Shown: positions 12,709-33,464 of the stretch, piece after piece
Numbering within the stretch: the first letter of the stretch is position 1
Layout of the letters: each line of letters starts with the position of its first letter
NCBI GenBank assembly: GCA_051362555.1
Contig: CM120643.1
Coordinates: forward strand, 15,226,644 to 15,290,643
DNA from: Lingula anatina
Lineage: Eukaryota > Animalia > Brachiopoda
Direction of reading: 5' to 3'
DNA length: 64,000 nucleotides
Program-made: the position numbers and the translations under genes
The notes under the pieces: generated by a model
Database searches by the model: none
What the model was told of the DNA's origin: nothing
What the model saw: only the letters and a program-made list of their open reading frames with translations

Positions 12709-15245
12709 TTAGTAGCCACATGGACTCTCAGCATTGAGCTGGTCTCTTGTTACCTCTCTCTCTCTCGTCTCCCCGCAGATGTTCCACACAATCGTGCGCT
12801 CACACAAACACAGGATCATTTTTGCCTCATTCTGACGCCGACTGAGGGAAAAGTAAGAAACTCCTTTTGGACTGGAAGAAAGCGCAACAGTAATCTTTAT
12901 ACCAATTGCATGCTTCGTGATTTTGGTAATGATGTATTTACTGTTCTCATAAATGAACTGAGCCAGAGGATTGTATGCTCAAGCTAATCGTGTGTGTATC
13001 TGGTGGCATATTTTTAATTTTGCTGGTCTTTTTTTGCTCAGTGGAAATGACAGTGGAACGTCAGATTTGAGGAGCGTATGCTCTAAACTTGAATAAATGG
13101 TATATAATATAGATCGACATTTTGTACTTTCTGTACCGCATGTCAAATTAGGTATGGTAAATGGAATTAAAAATAATATTTCAAATGGTTTACAGCTGTG
13201 AGATTATCATATATAAACAAAAACACATGGAACTGGAGTTAGGACATAATTTTTGACCAATAGTGTATATGTCTACATGCACACACAAGAATCCAGTATG
13301 AAAAGCCTTTCAATGGAAAATTGATAAATCAATATACAAAGCAAAAAATAAATAAAATAAAAATAAATAACTTGGGTAGCCATGCTCATTTCATCACAGT
13401 CTAAGGATTATGTATAAGACCAAATTTATTGACAAATTTGAGACAATTGTTAATCCATTCCCTAAGCTTTTAAAACAAAAAACCCTGAAAGTGCATTTTA
13501 ATAGACATATTCTGTAAGATGGACACAAAATTGTCAACAAAACATACATCTTTATCATAAGTTTTTGAATATTTTATATAAAATCAACAAAATTATCATA
13601 AATCATTTGCGCCTCTGTGCGGCAGTGAGATCTACAATTACATGTATATTCACCTTCTTCTCCATCAGAAAACTATTCACTGTACCCAGAAGTTCCTGAA
13701 TATTGACCATGTTATGGCTTTACTTATGATATAAATGAAATCAATGTTTGTCATGTTCAATACGCAGTGTTTACACTATAGGATTATCATATTCTCACTG
13801 CTGTTTGGTAATTACCAATAAGGATTTACATGTATAATACATTCTAACAATACAAAACTCCACAAATTTATGTACAATCACAAACAACTGATAAATGAAT
13901 TACACAAACCAATACAATCATAGGGTCTTTGAACCTTAGGAATTATATGCACTGCTGCTTGCCTTTGGACAATCTTAAATTTAAATTTCTGGATATCTAC
14001 AGAGACAGTCAAATAAAGAGCTTTGTCTATCTATGTCTATTTTCTCCAATTTAATGTACTCACACAGACAGCCAAATTCCTGAAAACGCTCACATACATG
14101 TGGTACGATAGGTACCTGTGCTTGCAATAAATGGTACATCCATTTATATATATATTTCTACCTCTGATTCTTATAGCCAGTAAGATATAAACTATCCCAT
14201 TTGTGGTTTTTCTGTACTTTTAATATACCATGTTCATCAGGGGGAAAATGGAGAACTATCTGGTTTCTAGTCGTTTTATTCACATTATTTTGTGTATTGT
14301 TTCATCATTATTTACAAAACCGCACAATTCTAGATATTAAACCATGTCATAATGTAAACTACACTTAATATTAGTACTTTTCATCATGTCAAAGGAAAAG
14401 AATTTATACCATTTCCATAATGAATTTATTATTACAACAGCTGCACTGACACCAGACTCTTCTCTTTTCAGAGAAAAGGATATTACAATTTTCAAATTCA
14501 ATGACTGACCATTTCAAACTTGCGTTTTATCTAAATCTTGTTTACTTTTTCAAAAAAACTTGCGCCCTTTCTGATCTGTATCTAAACCAAACACTTCAAT
14601 GTAAAATGATTTCCTTTAAGTTTGTAAACAGACAACTTTTAATTTACTGCCCTGTTTGCTTACAAATAAACTTTTGAACTGTGTTACTATTAAGTTCTTC
14701 TTTAAAATATCACACTGCAGATTAAATAACCCATAAATCTTACCAAAAACCAGACAAAAAGCATGACTGCCACTCACCTAAGTTACCTGGAATATTTTAT
14801 TTTACAGACCAGCATATATAATATGTACTGCTGTATTGTACATCCTTGAGGCTTTGCAGGTATTGTGTACTTTTATATACATAATGACATATACAGTAGT
14901 CACATTTTGCTTTCAACGTCTTCAGCACTACCATCAGAATGTAGTTGAAAATGTCACTTCTGCACTTTTTTTTTCTTTTGTACAAAATAACCTTATGCAC
15001 TTATATACATTTTTCTGAACCAGTTTTAATGGCCATCCTCTTCGCATATGCATATTAGCTGAAAACTTACATTCCTAATTAGTGTTAGAAATTAAGGCTG
15101 GACTGTCTGCCCGGGGCTGACAACTTTCAGAACAGGCTGAAAAGTTTTCCCACTTGGCAGACATTCAGTCCAGCTACTTTTCAAGATGGCTGGACTTTCG
15201 GTCCAGCAACTTATTTTCCTAAGAGGCAAACACCGTGAATCCTAA

Positions 15246-15280
<35 letters not shown>

Positions 15281-15421
15281 AATAAAATAAAAATAAAAGC
15301 CATATGTTTTCAACTCTTTTTTACAATTTCGTCATTCCTTCAGGGTACTTTTACCTCCTTTCCCTTACAGAAAAGGATGTTTTATTCTGCCACGTTTCAT
15401 TTGTTATTTTTGTCATCTTCC

Positions 15422-22242
<6,821 letters not shown>

Positions 22243-22661
22243 CTAGCATACCACAGGTATTCCTGAAGCAAAAGGTATGCCATCATCAACAGGTGATACA
22301 GGTAATATAAGGTGATGTATATTTACTGTCTTTAGACAACGGAAACAGTTTGGACAATGTATGATTTATTAGTCAATACAATAGTTTATATTTTTCACTA
22401 ATTTAATTTATCAATTTTATTTATCTTATTCTTATCAAGTGAATATAACAATTTATATAGTTGTACAATCTGGCTACTGGTATTTTGGTTGCAAATGAAC
22501 ATTATTATTATTATTTATTATATAATGAGTATGAAGTAACAAGTTACAATATTGACAATCAGGCATTTTAGATATTATAATATGCATATAATGATTGGAA
22601 TATAGTACTGCATTTAGGCAATTATCAGACATAATGCACTTGGGATATTCCAGAAGAATTT

Positions 22662-22700
<39 letters not shown>

Positions 22701-23734
22701 CCAAGTTTCCTAAAGAAGAGCATATTTGTGTTCAGAAAGTCATAATAAGGAGGAATATCAAATTATTTTTTCAGAATTAATGCAATCTATAATAGGTATA
22801 TCACAATGCACCAGGGGCGCTACAGTAACCACTGCAGTGCTGGCAAAACTGTGACTGGCCTGATCACAGGTCGCACATATGACATCCCTTTCAAATCTCT
22901 CTTTTAGCAATGTGTAATTTATACCATTTATAAGCTCAGGTAATTTGCAATCTAATGAAAAAAAACATGAAAATTGAATGATGAGAAGTATAGTTAATAT
23001 GATGCGCTAGCTGGTCAGTGGTCAGAGGTTTTTGGCTGAAAAGTTAGGACACTGGGTGTAATATAGCAGTTAAAAAAACTTCAATATCTTTGTTACTTGT
23101 AGGATTATTTTAAAAATTTCAAAAGAATTGCAATCTGTTTTGCATTACCTTTAAGAAGATATAAATATTATATTTTTCTGATCAGTTTGAATTTTTTCTG
23201 ATATACCTATATATATAGATCTATAACCCTCGATTGTGTCTCCTATTCTCCGTCTATCCCATGCATAAATACAAGCTGTGTGCCACCCTCCTCTGTCAAT
23301 ATATCGGTCTATTATATATCTACTGAACTGCTTAATCGAATTTCATAATCAAACTAAATGACAGATGTAGAAAACAGATCGTGTTGTGTTAACTGAGACT
23401 TAATATCTTTCGCAATCGAGAGCGTCATTCAACTTGGAATCTGTTGTTCAGGTTACACAAAAAGCAACAGCTCGTCAAAATTTTAACATCATAAAATAGT
23501 TCGTTTCTAGTAAAATTCTGCAACATCATAGTCATAGTACATACAGATTACATGTACACGAAATGGAAAATCGTTTATATGCCTTTGTTTAGACAAAGTA
23601 GACGTACACACGCAGCATGCAAAACGAACTTACAAAAAATTAAACTTAAGCAAATTACTGTAATCAAGCCTAAAAATTCAGATGAATGCTGACTATGAAT
23701 GACATTATTTTAAAACATGCCTGAATGCAACCAA

Positions 23735-24100
23735 CCTTGCTTGAAAAGTTTGCACTTCACACACGTGCAATATGGCGGACAGTTGCTTCAGACTAGTCCC
23801 GCACTTTTATCAAAACATGAAGAAAATACCAATTTATTTTTAGTTTTAACCACCAAAAATTTAGTAAGTAGAAAAAAGTTTAATCTAATTGAATAATTCA
23901 GGTAAAATTAATTTCATAACTTTAAAGAATAGGTTTCTGCGGAACATATCTGATGCTGGTGACTGAAAACGTGACCCCCGAAGGACACAGACACCTTCGG
24001 CAGCTAACTTTCCTCTTTTTTTACTTATCCAAATAGTTCCAGAAGTTGCAGTGGAAATTACATAGCTGTGAAAGTACGGATGGTGCTTTTCAGGTAAGGG
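23735..24100. promoter_or_regulatory. Probable bidirectional promoter and first exons of hnRNPC-like (-) and MPV17L2 (+)
   Basis: The genes are head-to-head. YY1-like AATATGGCGG at about 23769-23778; candidate minus-strand donor AAG|GTTGGT near 23735; plus-strand donor CAG|GTAAGG at 24093/24094, matched by the acceptor TTTTCAG ending at 24312. Confidence 0.55.
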
Positions 24101-24314
24101 AAATACTCCCTTGGAACTTTCTAACTTGTTGTTTATAATAGCACTGCGGCAGAATTACGAAACACCGTTGTGTAACTAATGTTATAACGTCGACGAAGGC
24201 ATGTTATGAACATAAGTCGTGCACTACTACGTAGTACTATTGATACTTGGCTCACAGTTTTTTTGATGACTGTTTTATGTCTTGGCTTTAATTTTTTTCA
24301 ATCTATTTTCAGCC

Positions 24315-25142
24315 ATGAATCGATTTGCAAAGGAACTCACCAAAGTGAAGGAGAAAGTTACCCGCCAGAAGGTGATGCCCCTTCCAAACAAACTGCCAAC
24401 TTTCATAAATTACAAACCAACTCAGAGACTCACTGGCCGGAAACCTAAAGTGATCATGAAACTGGATCCACTGTCTCAGAACCACAAAAAGACATTGATG
24501 GATAATATCTTCCAAAATCTTGCTATTAAACGACAAAGAGTCGTGACAAGCACAAAGGCATTTGTGCAGAACGTATCACAGAAAACATTTGGCAAGTACC
24601 TGTTGCTGACCAATACCACAGTGACGGTGTCCCTCTCTGGGGCTGGAGACTACATGCAGCAGATTTATCAGATCAAAAAAGGTACTCACAAACAGTGGGA
24701 CAAGGCACGAACGTTGAAACTTTCCTTGACTGGCATAACCATAGGTCCTGCCTGCCATTACTGGTACCTGTACTTGGACAAATGGTTTCCTGGAAAAACT
24801 CTTTCGGTTCTAGTGAAGAAAATTCTCTGTGATCAGATACTGTTCTCTCCAGTCTGCATTACCCTCTTTTTCCTCAGCTTCGGCTTGTTCAGTGGCCACA
24901 GTTTGTTGAAGATCAAAGATGAGTTGTATTGGAAAGGGACCCATCTGTTTGTGGTGGATATGCTTGTGTGGCCTGTGGCACAGTTCGTTAACTTTAAATT
25001 CTTGCCAACAAAGTTCAGGGTGATCTACGACAACACGATATCTCTGCTTTATGACTGCTACTACTCATATGTCACTTACTATAGCAAAGAGGGGAATGAG
25101 GAGAAAAAGGGGGAGGAACACATACGCAAAAGTTTACCTTAA
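24315..25142 (+). CDS. MPV17L2: Mpv17/PMP22 family membrane protein, Mpv17-like 2
   Basis: Single coding exon after the acceptor at 24312. Motifs KYLLLTN...GD..QQ, GP.CHYWY.YLD..FPG, KKIL.DQILFSP, WP.AQFVNF.FLP...RV.YDN are typical of MPV17L2. Confidence 0.9.
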   Translation: MNRFAKELTKVKEKVTRQKVMPLPNKLPTFINYKPTQRLTGRKPKVIMKLDPLSQNHKKTLMDNIFQNLAIKRQRVVTSTKAFVQNVSQKTFGKYLLLTNTTVTVSLSGAGDYMQQIYQIKKGTHKQWDKARTLKLSLTGITIGPACHYWYLYLDKWFPGKTLSVLVKKILCDQILFSPVCITLFFLSFGLFSGHSLLKIKDELYWKGTHLFVVDMLVWPVAQFVNFKFLPTKFRVIYDNTISLLYDCYYSYVTYYSKEGNEEKKGEEHIRKSLP

Positions 25143-26309
25143 ATAATCTTGGTTCTACAGAAAATCTACCAGATGGATCAGGATCCTGATATATAATGTG
25201 TTAAGTTTGAAACCATTGATGAACTTTGGTACAGCAGTTCAGGTATCTGGTCACTGGGTTTTCTGTGACATTGACCTTAATTGTTTGCAGTCTTAAACTT
25301 ATTATATTTATTATACCATTAGGTTAATGTATGGATAGTGCCAGTACAGGTCCATACCAAAGTATACACTGGAACCTACAAATACCAGAGGGTAAGAGAT
25401 ACATAATAAAACATGTGCTTCATTTTAGAATGACTTCAAAGTAAGTGTTAGATAAGGATATTAAAGATACATATGGTATATGAACAAGTAACTACTAACT
25501 GTCTCTAGTATGTTGTCTGCATGACCAAAGATGATGCTCAGGTTACAGGTTATTATTTTAAAGCAACTCAGAATATGCAAGGTTAGTAATTTGATTCTTT
25601 CAATACATATGCTAGAAAAGCACTTCGGCTGTGTAGTGTTAAGATGCCTTTTCGCCTGATCTTTGTGAAGTGTCACTTCTGTGTATACGTAACCCCAGTT
25701 TTAATGCTCTTAAAAGTTTATGGATTTGAATAACATATTGATACCTAAATCTGAAAGAGAAAAGCTTCCTGTTCAAAGCATGCATGTTGTAGTGCTGCTC
25801 CGGGCCTCCGGCATGAATGTCATTGACAGTATTCGTTGGAGTATTTATTTATTAAATATTTCATTTTTTGTTTCAAGGAATTTTAATGAGGGCAAGTGAC
25901 TGCCACACACATTCTTGGTGAACTTTTATTTTCTAAATGTTGTCAGTTTCTCAGTGAAGTACCAGTGAGACGGCATGACCAGACTTTACACAGTTGGTTT
26001 TCTTTGATAATTTGGTTTTGTGGGATACATTTACCAATGATGTTGGAAGAGCTGTTGCTAAAGTAAATACTGAGAGTTATTTTGTGCCATATAATTTATT
26101 AAAATATGTTAAAATAATTAAATAACTAAAATATGTGTGAATTGGCTTGTTGGTTTGTTTTTAGATATGAACAGTCAATCTTTCAATCAAGTGATATTTT
26201 TAAAGAAAAGAGTTGAAAAAATAAATGTTTATGCACCGTTGAATGTACAATTTTCTTGTATTTGAAAAGGATATTATTAGTTGAAATAGAGACAGTTTTT
26301 TTCTTTTAA

Positions 26310-26677
26310 AGGATGCATACAAAGTCACAAAAACCAACCAAATGCCAGCATATAGTTTCAAGTAGTATAACTAAGAGAATTACCAAAAGCCATTGTTTAA
26401 TTTTACCCGAAAATGATGTTTGAATGGATTTTTCTGCTAGCATTCTATGCTGTATGTCAATGGGGCATAAAAGTAGGTCACGAAAGTAGGTTAAATTTCC
26501 GGCCAAAAATGTAAAACAAAGGAGCAGTCCAAAGCTCTTATATGGCTGATTGAGTGATCTATTCAGTTTATCCCTTGGCATGTTGAATTTATTTGAGTCG
26601 TATAAGAAACTAGTAGAAGTGGTTTACATGTCTTACTGGGAATCCACGCTTCACCAATGCTCGGTTCGTATGTACCT
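26310..26677. mobile_element. Kolobok-like MITE
   Basis: TTAA|AGGATGCATAC ... GTATGTACCT|TTAA: imperfect TIR with a TTAA duplication. Confidence 0.55.
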
Positions 26678-26797
26678 TTAAAATAAAGAGAGCTTGGTTA
26701 TTTATATGAACTGTGTCATTGTTATACTTACTTTAATTCGTCAAATATAAATAGTATAGAAAAGATTTACCACTGTTGAATCCAGAGTTTTACTGAG

Positions 26798-26828
<31 letters not shown>

Positions 26829-28854
26829 GGGGGGGGGGGGGGGGGCAGGAGTGACAAGTTGAATTTTTTTCGCTTTTTCACAGAAATATCAGCAAACCAT
26901 AGACTATGGTAATTTTACAATAGATGTTGTATGTGAGGACCTGTGTATGTGAGGTTTGTGTGGTTGTGTTGAGTTGCATTGGATATGTTCTGCCTACAGT
27001 GTCCTCCTGCCTTCTGATATCAAGGGCATCTAAATTAAAGTAACAGAAAAAAGTCCATCTAAGACCCATTCTTACAAAGAATCCCTGATCTGAAGTTTGT
27101 CTTACACTACAAATTTGGTGTTCGAGTGCTTCAGTTCAAGATACATTCAGTGATTCAAGTATTAAAAATATAAGTGTTGGTCTGTACCATACATGGCAAG
27201 ATTACTTGAAGCTTAGCTGGGAACCGCATAAACATGCTAATAACTGTGTTAAAGGGAGTCAACGTGCGTTAGCACTGATTTTCAATATATAGGTCTATTT
27301 AACACATTAAACTTTTATTTAAAATAAGTCAGAGGAGGAATTTTTTTGTCCAAATGGAATTTTGCTTACATTAGTCTAGTAACTTATATCACTGAAAAAA
27401 ATAATTACTACTTGAAGATACATCTGTTCTTACAGAAAAACATAAACGGACTAAATTTTACTGTTGCTCGCGGCACCATCTCCGTGATTTCATATTCTCC
27501 AATCTATCTAGTTTTAATTTATTGAAGTAGAAAATTTGCAGCTTGTCAGGAAGCGAGTATGTTGTGTAACGTCTCCGAAAATGGAAAATGTCTATATCTT
27601 ATTTAAATAACGCAATTAATATCTTTATACTACTTTCGCGGTGTCGCCCGGCTTTTAAAAATAGAAAAAAAAATTGACGTTTTTTGGCGTAGATCATCAC
27701 GTAAAATTGTTTGATGTATATGTAATATTTAAGTCATTAATATAATTTAGGTCAGTGACATCCATGATTAGAGAAACGATATCGTGACGGGGAACAGGCG
27801 AATGTCTAACACGAAACGCGGCGAAACTGCATTCTTGTAGAAAGTAATTTGTAAAGACTTCGTTACCAAGCATCGTGAAAATTTACATTCTTGAGGTCGA
27901 GGACAAAATGTATCAGTAAAATTAACATGCATCTCATAATACCCCTTTAGAATATATCTTTAACTGCATTTTTCTGTTTTCTTCAAATGGGTTTTTAAAT
28001 TGAGAATTTCTATGTCCATTGTATACGGAAAGGTTTGAAGCATAATATTAATCACATTTTTGTCTCAGGATATCGTTTTTGATTACTTATACTAATTCCC
28101 GTTGAAACTGGGCTGTTTGAACCTACGGAATAAAAAATTAGGTAAGGAACATTATGTATCTGTATCTCTTCGTTTTATTCGTCCTAGGGCGTGTGTAGAT
28201 AATAGAGCAAAATAATAATAATAAAATAAAACTTTATATCCGTAGAGTATTTTTTGCAGTCGCGAAAATGGAGGACTCTACTTGTCGTTGACTTTCATTT
28301 GCACCAAATATGTATGTCATACTTTTTCTCACACCTCAATCTTGTATATATCATTCTGGGCGCAATGCTATGTCGATAGAATTTCAAATGACTTTCTGAG
28401 CCATTGTGAGTCGTTATCCATCATGATCCATGCTACCTGTATACACTGTTAAATTTGGAGGACACATATCGTCGTCTGCTGTCATGCGTGACCTACCGCA
28501 CTTTTTTTTTCAAGGTCATCCCGGGCAAGGGTGGCAGGAAAGCCCCGTTTACACACTAAACGTCGCAAAAACACGCCGCGAACTACGCCGAAAAGTTAAA
28601 ACAAAACTATATCTACGCGAGGAAAGCAAGTTTGTCTTTTCATACAATCCGTAGAAGTATGTCTTTTGAGTGAACAACTATTTTGTGCGACTCAATGCGT
28701 GCGCTCTCAAAACATAGAGTGTAAATGTGTCTTATTTAATGACACAGAATTCGCTGTTTATGTGTTTACTACGATTACTGATGCGTTGATCGCTCCACCT
28801 GTAATACCCGAAGGAGGCTTGTAATTTTTGTTGCTTGTGTGTTCCTCTGAGATC

Positions 28855-31800
28855 ATGGAGGCTCAGCCGGCAGAGACAAGCAGCGTGAAGGGGTTAACAA
28901 CTGAAACGTCTGCCTCCACATGTAGGTATTCACAGGTATAATTGAAGGTAAAGTTTTTCTAGTACTGCATAAGTTTTCGAGTCTTAATAACTCAATATCC
29001 AGTTGTTCTTATGTATGTGTCTCGTGCTCGCCCTAAGACGACAGGGCGCGTAGGGGATATGGTGATGTGATAGTACGTAGTACGTGCACATGTAGCATGC
29101 ATCTACCCAGTTCATTTGATACATGAGGCGTTAAAATTAGACGTGTTTTTATTTTATGTAACGGTCTTGTTTTTGTGACAGCGACTGAACAATTCCGCGT
29201 ATAGATCCCAACCGGGCTTACCTCCACTACATTATATTCCATCTAAATTTAGATACGGTCAGTTAATATTCAGGACATGAGTAAAGACAGTCATCGAGCA
29301 AAAGCAGTCTATGGATCTATAGAAAAACGAACTTTTTTCCTTTGTCAATAAAAAACTTGTTTTCTAGCACCAAAAGTGTTGATAATAGCTGCAGTGGTAT
29401 GCGGACTGATTGCGATGGTTGCGATCATCATTGCGGCGTTTGCGCTGTCAAAACAATCTTCCCCTAGTATTACGATCCAAGGCAAGCAAAGAACCTTACA
29501 GGCGCCGGCCGCACAAAGCTCGTCTGTTGGTGGAAGTCAGAATACAAATGTTAACACGAAACTTGCCGACAGTAACCGTATTTGGTTGGTGGCTACTGGG
29601 CACGGTTCTGGTGCCTATGGGTATATGTAAGGTTCCATGACAACGTGTTGTTATTATCATAATACATATAGATAATATTTTACGCCTTTAAAAGCATTGT
29701 ATAAAAAGTTATAACAATTGGTTTAATATCTATTACTAATGTGTTAAACATAATTTTAATTTTTTTCATTGAATAATAACTAAATTTTATGACCTTTAAT
29801 TCTTTGCTTTTATAAACATATTTCTTCATGCGTTACTGTTTTACTATGCTATTTATATATCTTAAGTTTATAATTTTCAGTGACAACGACGGTTTCTTGG
29901 CGGGCGCTTACACGGATATCATCGACGCTGGTACGTAAATGAATTTTCGATTTTCACTACACTCCTTTAAAAAGCTCAAGAATTAAAAGCCCAAAGGCAA
30001 AAACATTTCATAGATCTTAACTTTGTTAATCGAATAGATTTGGTATACTTTGGAGAATAGAAGAAAAGTGTTGTAATTTTCAGGAAAACTAAGTGTATAC
30101 AATGCGCTGATTGCATGGCTTTAAGTTAAGACGTCACAACTTCAGTGCAAATGAGGCTTAAAAGCACGTTTTCTGTTCCAGTATGCACCGAGGCGGGAAT
30201 GGACTGTCGTATCGTTTGGGACAAGTATTCCAACTGTTATTTTTCAGAGCCTGGGCAGCATTCATTTGGGGGAAGAGGTAGGCACACTGTAATATGAGCC
30301 TATATCACATTTTTTGATGTTCTGTCTTTGTTAGATCTTGAGAGGGAGGGGTGCGATGGGGGCATTTTACAAGTTAAATCAAGGAGATAACTCCTTGGTT
30401 AAATTTACATGTATGTCTGCAGTAGTCAGAAGTTTTAACGATAATCTGTATTGGCAGCGAAAGCTCCCCCCCCCCCCAAAAAAAAAAAAAAAATCCACGT
30501 GAACGCTTGTTTTTATTTCAACTTTTTATGCTAAGTTTACCGTTCATGCTAACGAAATCATGCTTTTCTTGGGCTTAAAAACGTTGTACAGAAATCATTC
30601 TTGAAAGCAAGTAAGAATGGTTAATAATTAGCCAACCACAATTCATGATTCTAGGTCTTCATGGTCGCTGGTATGATGCATGCACGGGATGGTATGCAAC
30701 CGTAGAACGCAAACACATATTTGACTTCTCGAAACCTTTCTTCAAACCAACGCTTGGATATTTCTGGGTCAAACTCGGAAACCCCGGGAATTTCAACCAC
30801 AATGATATCACAGGAAAGAAAATAGGTAGGTAGGCGTTACTGAATAGATGCAGTTCGTGGTAAAATTATCAGTATTGTTCAGGGGCGGATTTAGAGTACT
30901 GCCCGCCCCCCCTTCGAATGCTGAAAAAAATCACACCAATGATGCCCGCTTGAAATTATAATTTTCACTAGCTGAATCATTTTTCTAAACCGTACCAAAT
31001 GGCACTGTTCGCCCTTTAAAATACCAATTTTTCGGGGCCCTTAAGCGGCTCCCGAACCCCACGCCAAGGGAGGGGGGGGGTCGGCTTTGCATCCGTGGAC
31101 CCCCCCTTCAAATAATCCTGGATCCGCCCTTTTTGTTTGTTAGACAAATGGACTCTGAATCGGATCATTTATAGAACCAACAGGATTATGCAGGGTGGGG
31201 GTAGGAGCTATTGTTCGTATGGTCTGACAAGTAAGAAATAATAGACGAAGATACTGTGAAACTACCCCAGTATGTACGGAGCAGAGGTGGCGGTGCATGT
31301 TCTCGGAGCTGGATCCGCCACTTAAAAACTGACAACAATATTTAACTCGCTATAGCTCAGCTTGGTAAAATGTTGCACAGAAAAAATATAACAGTTTAAA
31401 CACCGCCTGGTCTCATTCTGAGTTAAAATTAATATGAATCTGTCAAATATGTACCTATTATTTCAGGTTTTGTTGACGGATGGTTTACAAACGAAAAATG
31501 CATGGCTAGGTGGACAAGCGTGAAGGGAAGCCTCCTCCCTAAGTCTGGCATCGTTTACGTCGCTGACTACAACGAGATGTATCAAGCAATCCAAAACAAT
31601 ACGGTGAGAATCCATGTGGAAGACCTATTATTATTATTATTATTATTATTTTGAAGCAGGACAGGAGTTGGACACGTGATTAGCAAACATTAATGGACAT
31701 TTTTGTCAGTTTTGGATATCATTTCAAACTTTTCCAATTTTTCATAAAATATTAAAAAACGTCTGTTAAGATACTTCATGGTATATTGCCACTTAATGCG

Positions 31801-32535
31801 ATAAATCCTCCGATTTTACTGACGTCCTTCCGTGTGATCTGTATAGGTTGATGCCGGGTTCGTAGCTAGTGGCTCTGGTTTGCTTTCAAACGGAACCTTG
31901 ACGAGACTATCCGATGGTTTTGGCTGCGCAACGACTGGGGCCGGGATGATGACTAGGAAAGACTCGGGCTTCAACAAGGCCTGGAATGTCGGCTTTGAGA
32001 AGCTAGTTGCCAGCGGAAGGTTTAAGAAACTGTGCGACGATGTACGGGAAAAACACAGTATGTAAAATTTGCTTTGTAAGAGGGGTTGGTTTTTAACTAA
32101 GGTGTAGAAAGGGGCGTGAAAAATGCATAATTATCTACTAGCAGATATTTGTTTGGGGGGGGGGGGGGGTTGAGCAAGGATAAATGAAATTGCCGAGAGA
32201 AGCGAGAAAATGGTAATCGAGGAAAATTGTACTATAATATATATATTGGGGGGGGGGGGGGGGGGGGAGGATCCCCGGGAGAAGAGGGTACATCGACACC
32301 TGAACCTATCCAGGACTTGCCATTGCGAATGAACGCTTGAAACAGAGTAATGTAAACTAAGATACATAAACAACAGGTAACCATTTAATGTATTGGTTAT
32401 GGTTTGTATACATGTATTTTCTGTATATTCGTTATTTATATATATTCGTTATTTTATCTTACGGCATGTTTGCTTCATGTTTGCTTCCTTCTTTCAGAGA
32501 ACCTTGGTGAACTGTCGGATTGCACTGAAGCGTGA
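28855..32535 (+). CDS. Type II membrane-anchored periplasmic-binding-protein (PBP2 / SBP_bac_3, ArgT/HisJ/ArtJ-like) domain protein, paralogue A, about 342 aa
   Basis: Exons 28855-28921, 29368-29626, 29881-29930, 30182-30277, 30655-30825, 31467-31603, 31847-32057 and 32498-32535, GT-AG, 343 codons. TM helix VLIIAAVVCGLIAMVAIIIAAFAL. SBP-like motifs DGFLAGAYTDIIDAVCTEAGMDC, TVERKHIFDFSKPF, DITGKKIGFV, VDAGFV, GAGMMTRKDSGFNKAWNVGFEKLVASGRFKKL. Confidence 0.88.
30880..31131. mobile_element. hAT-like MITE, family B
   Basis: CAGGGGCGGATTTAG ... CCTGGATCCGCCCT termini and the shared internal core. Confidence 0.8.
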
Positions 32536-33464
32536 ACGCCGCGCCAAAGCCTCAGATACAGTCATATCCTAGATTAAGATTTTTTTACCAATGCGAGGAC
32601 AAGCATAACGCATCATATAAGATGAGATGGGTTTGAGATTTTATACTTACATATTAGAAAAAGAAAGTTAAGTTAGATATTTGTGTCATAACTTCAAGTA
32701 TTGTTAACATGCTTCTACGATAAAATTAACTGTATTTTTTTAACAAGGAGATGGACATTAGATCATTTCAGACTATTCAAAATAATAAACAGGACGTATA
32801 CGTGTACATAGTTACTAAAAAAATTAATTTAAAGATTAACAACTTTTTAGACATTTTATACGTGAATGTGGCCACGTCATTTATTCAAAGTTCCCGTCGA
32901 CGTACCCATGCATTCATTACCAAAAATAGATTATTTATTTTAAAATTAAAATATGTCTCGGATTCAAACATTTGCTGGCCTTCAGCTTAAATATTGCTAA
33001 TTAATGAACGCATGTAGATTAAAAACTTTTATTTTCTAATTCAAGGTTGTCTTTGAAGATATCATGTGTGATATCATGTGTGATTTCAAAATAAATAAAT
33101 ATTGTGATATAAATGTTATTAAATAGCTCATTATACAGTGTAATTAAAAACACAGGTACAGCCGTCACAAATTCGAGCCACGAAATTATTCTAACGGCGC
33201 TCTAAAGTTTATTTCCCACTTCAGAATACAATGGTTCTCAAGCATGAAACAAAAACATTTCTCCAGGGTTTTACTGTAAAAATCAGGTAGTTAACTTGCC
33301 ATACTTTCTCAGAGCTTTAAAGTAAATGTTCATGGTAAACTTCTGTACATGATTCCTTCTTGAATATGATTTATTCTGCTAAATCTAAGCCATTAAGGTA
33401 TGACGTTAAGTTGAAAAAAAAAACAACACGAAATGATCATTTCAAAACGGCAGTCAAAACAAAA

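Noticed and set aside
31351-31380. tRNA A-box-like TAGCTCAGCTTGGTA
   Set aside because: No B-box or cloverleaf follows; not supportable as a tRNA or SINE.
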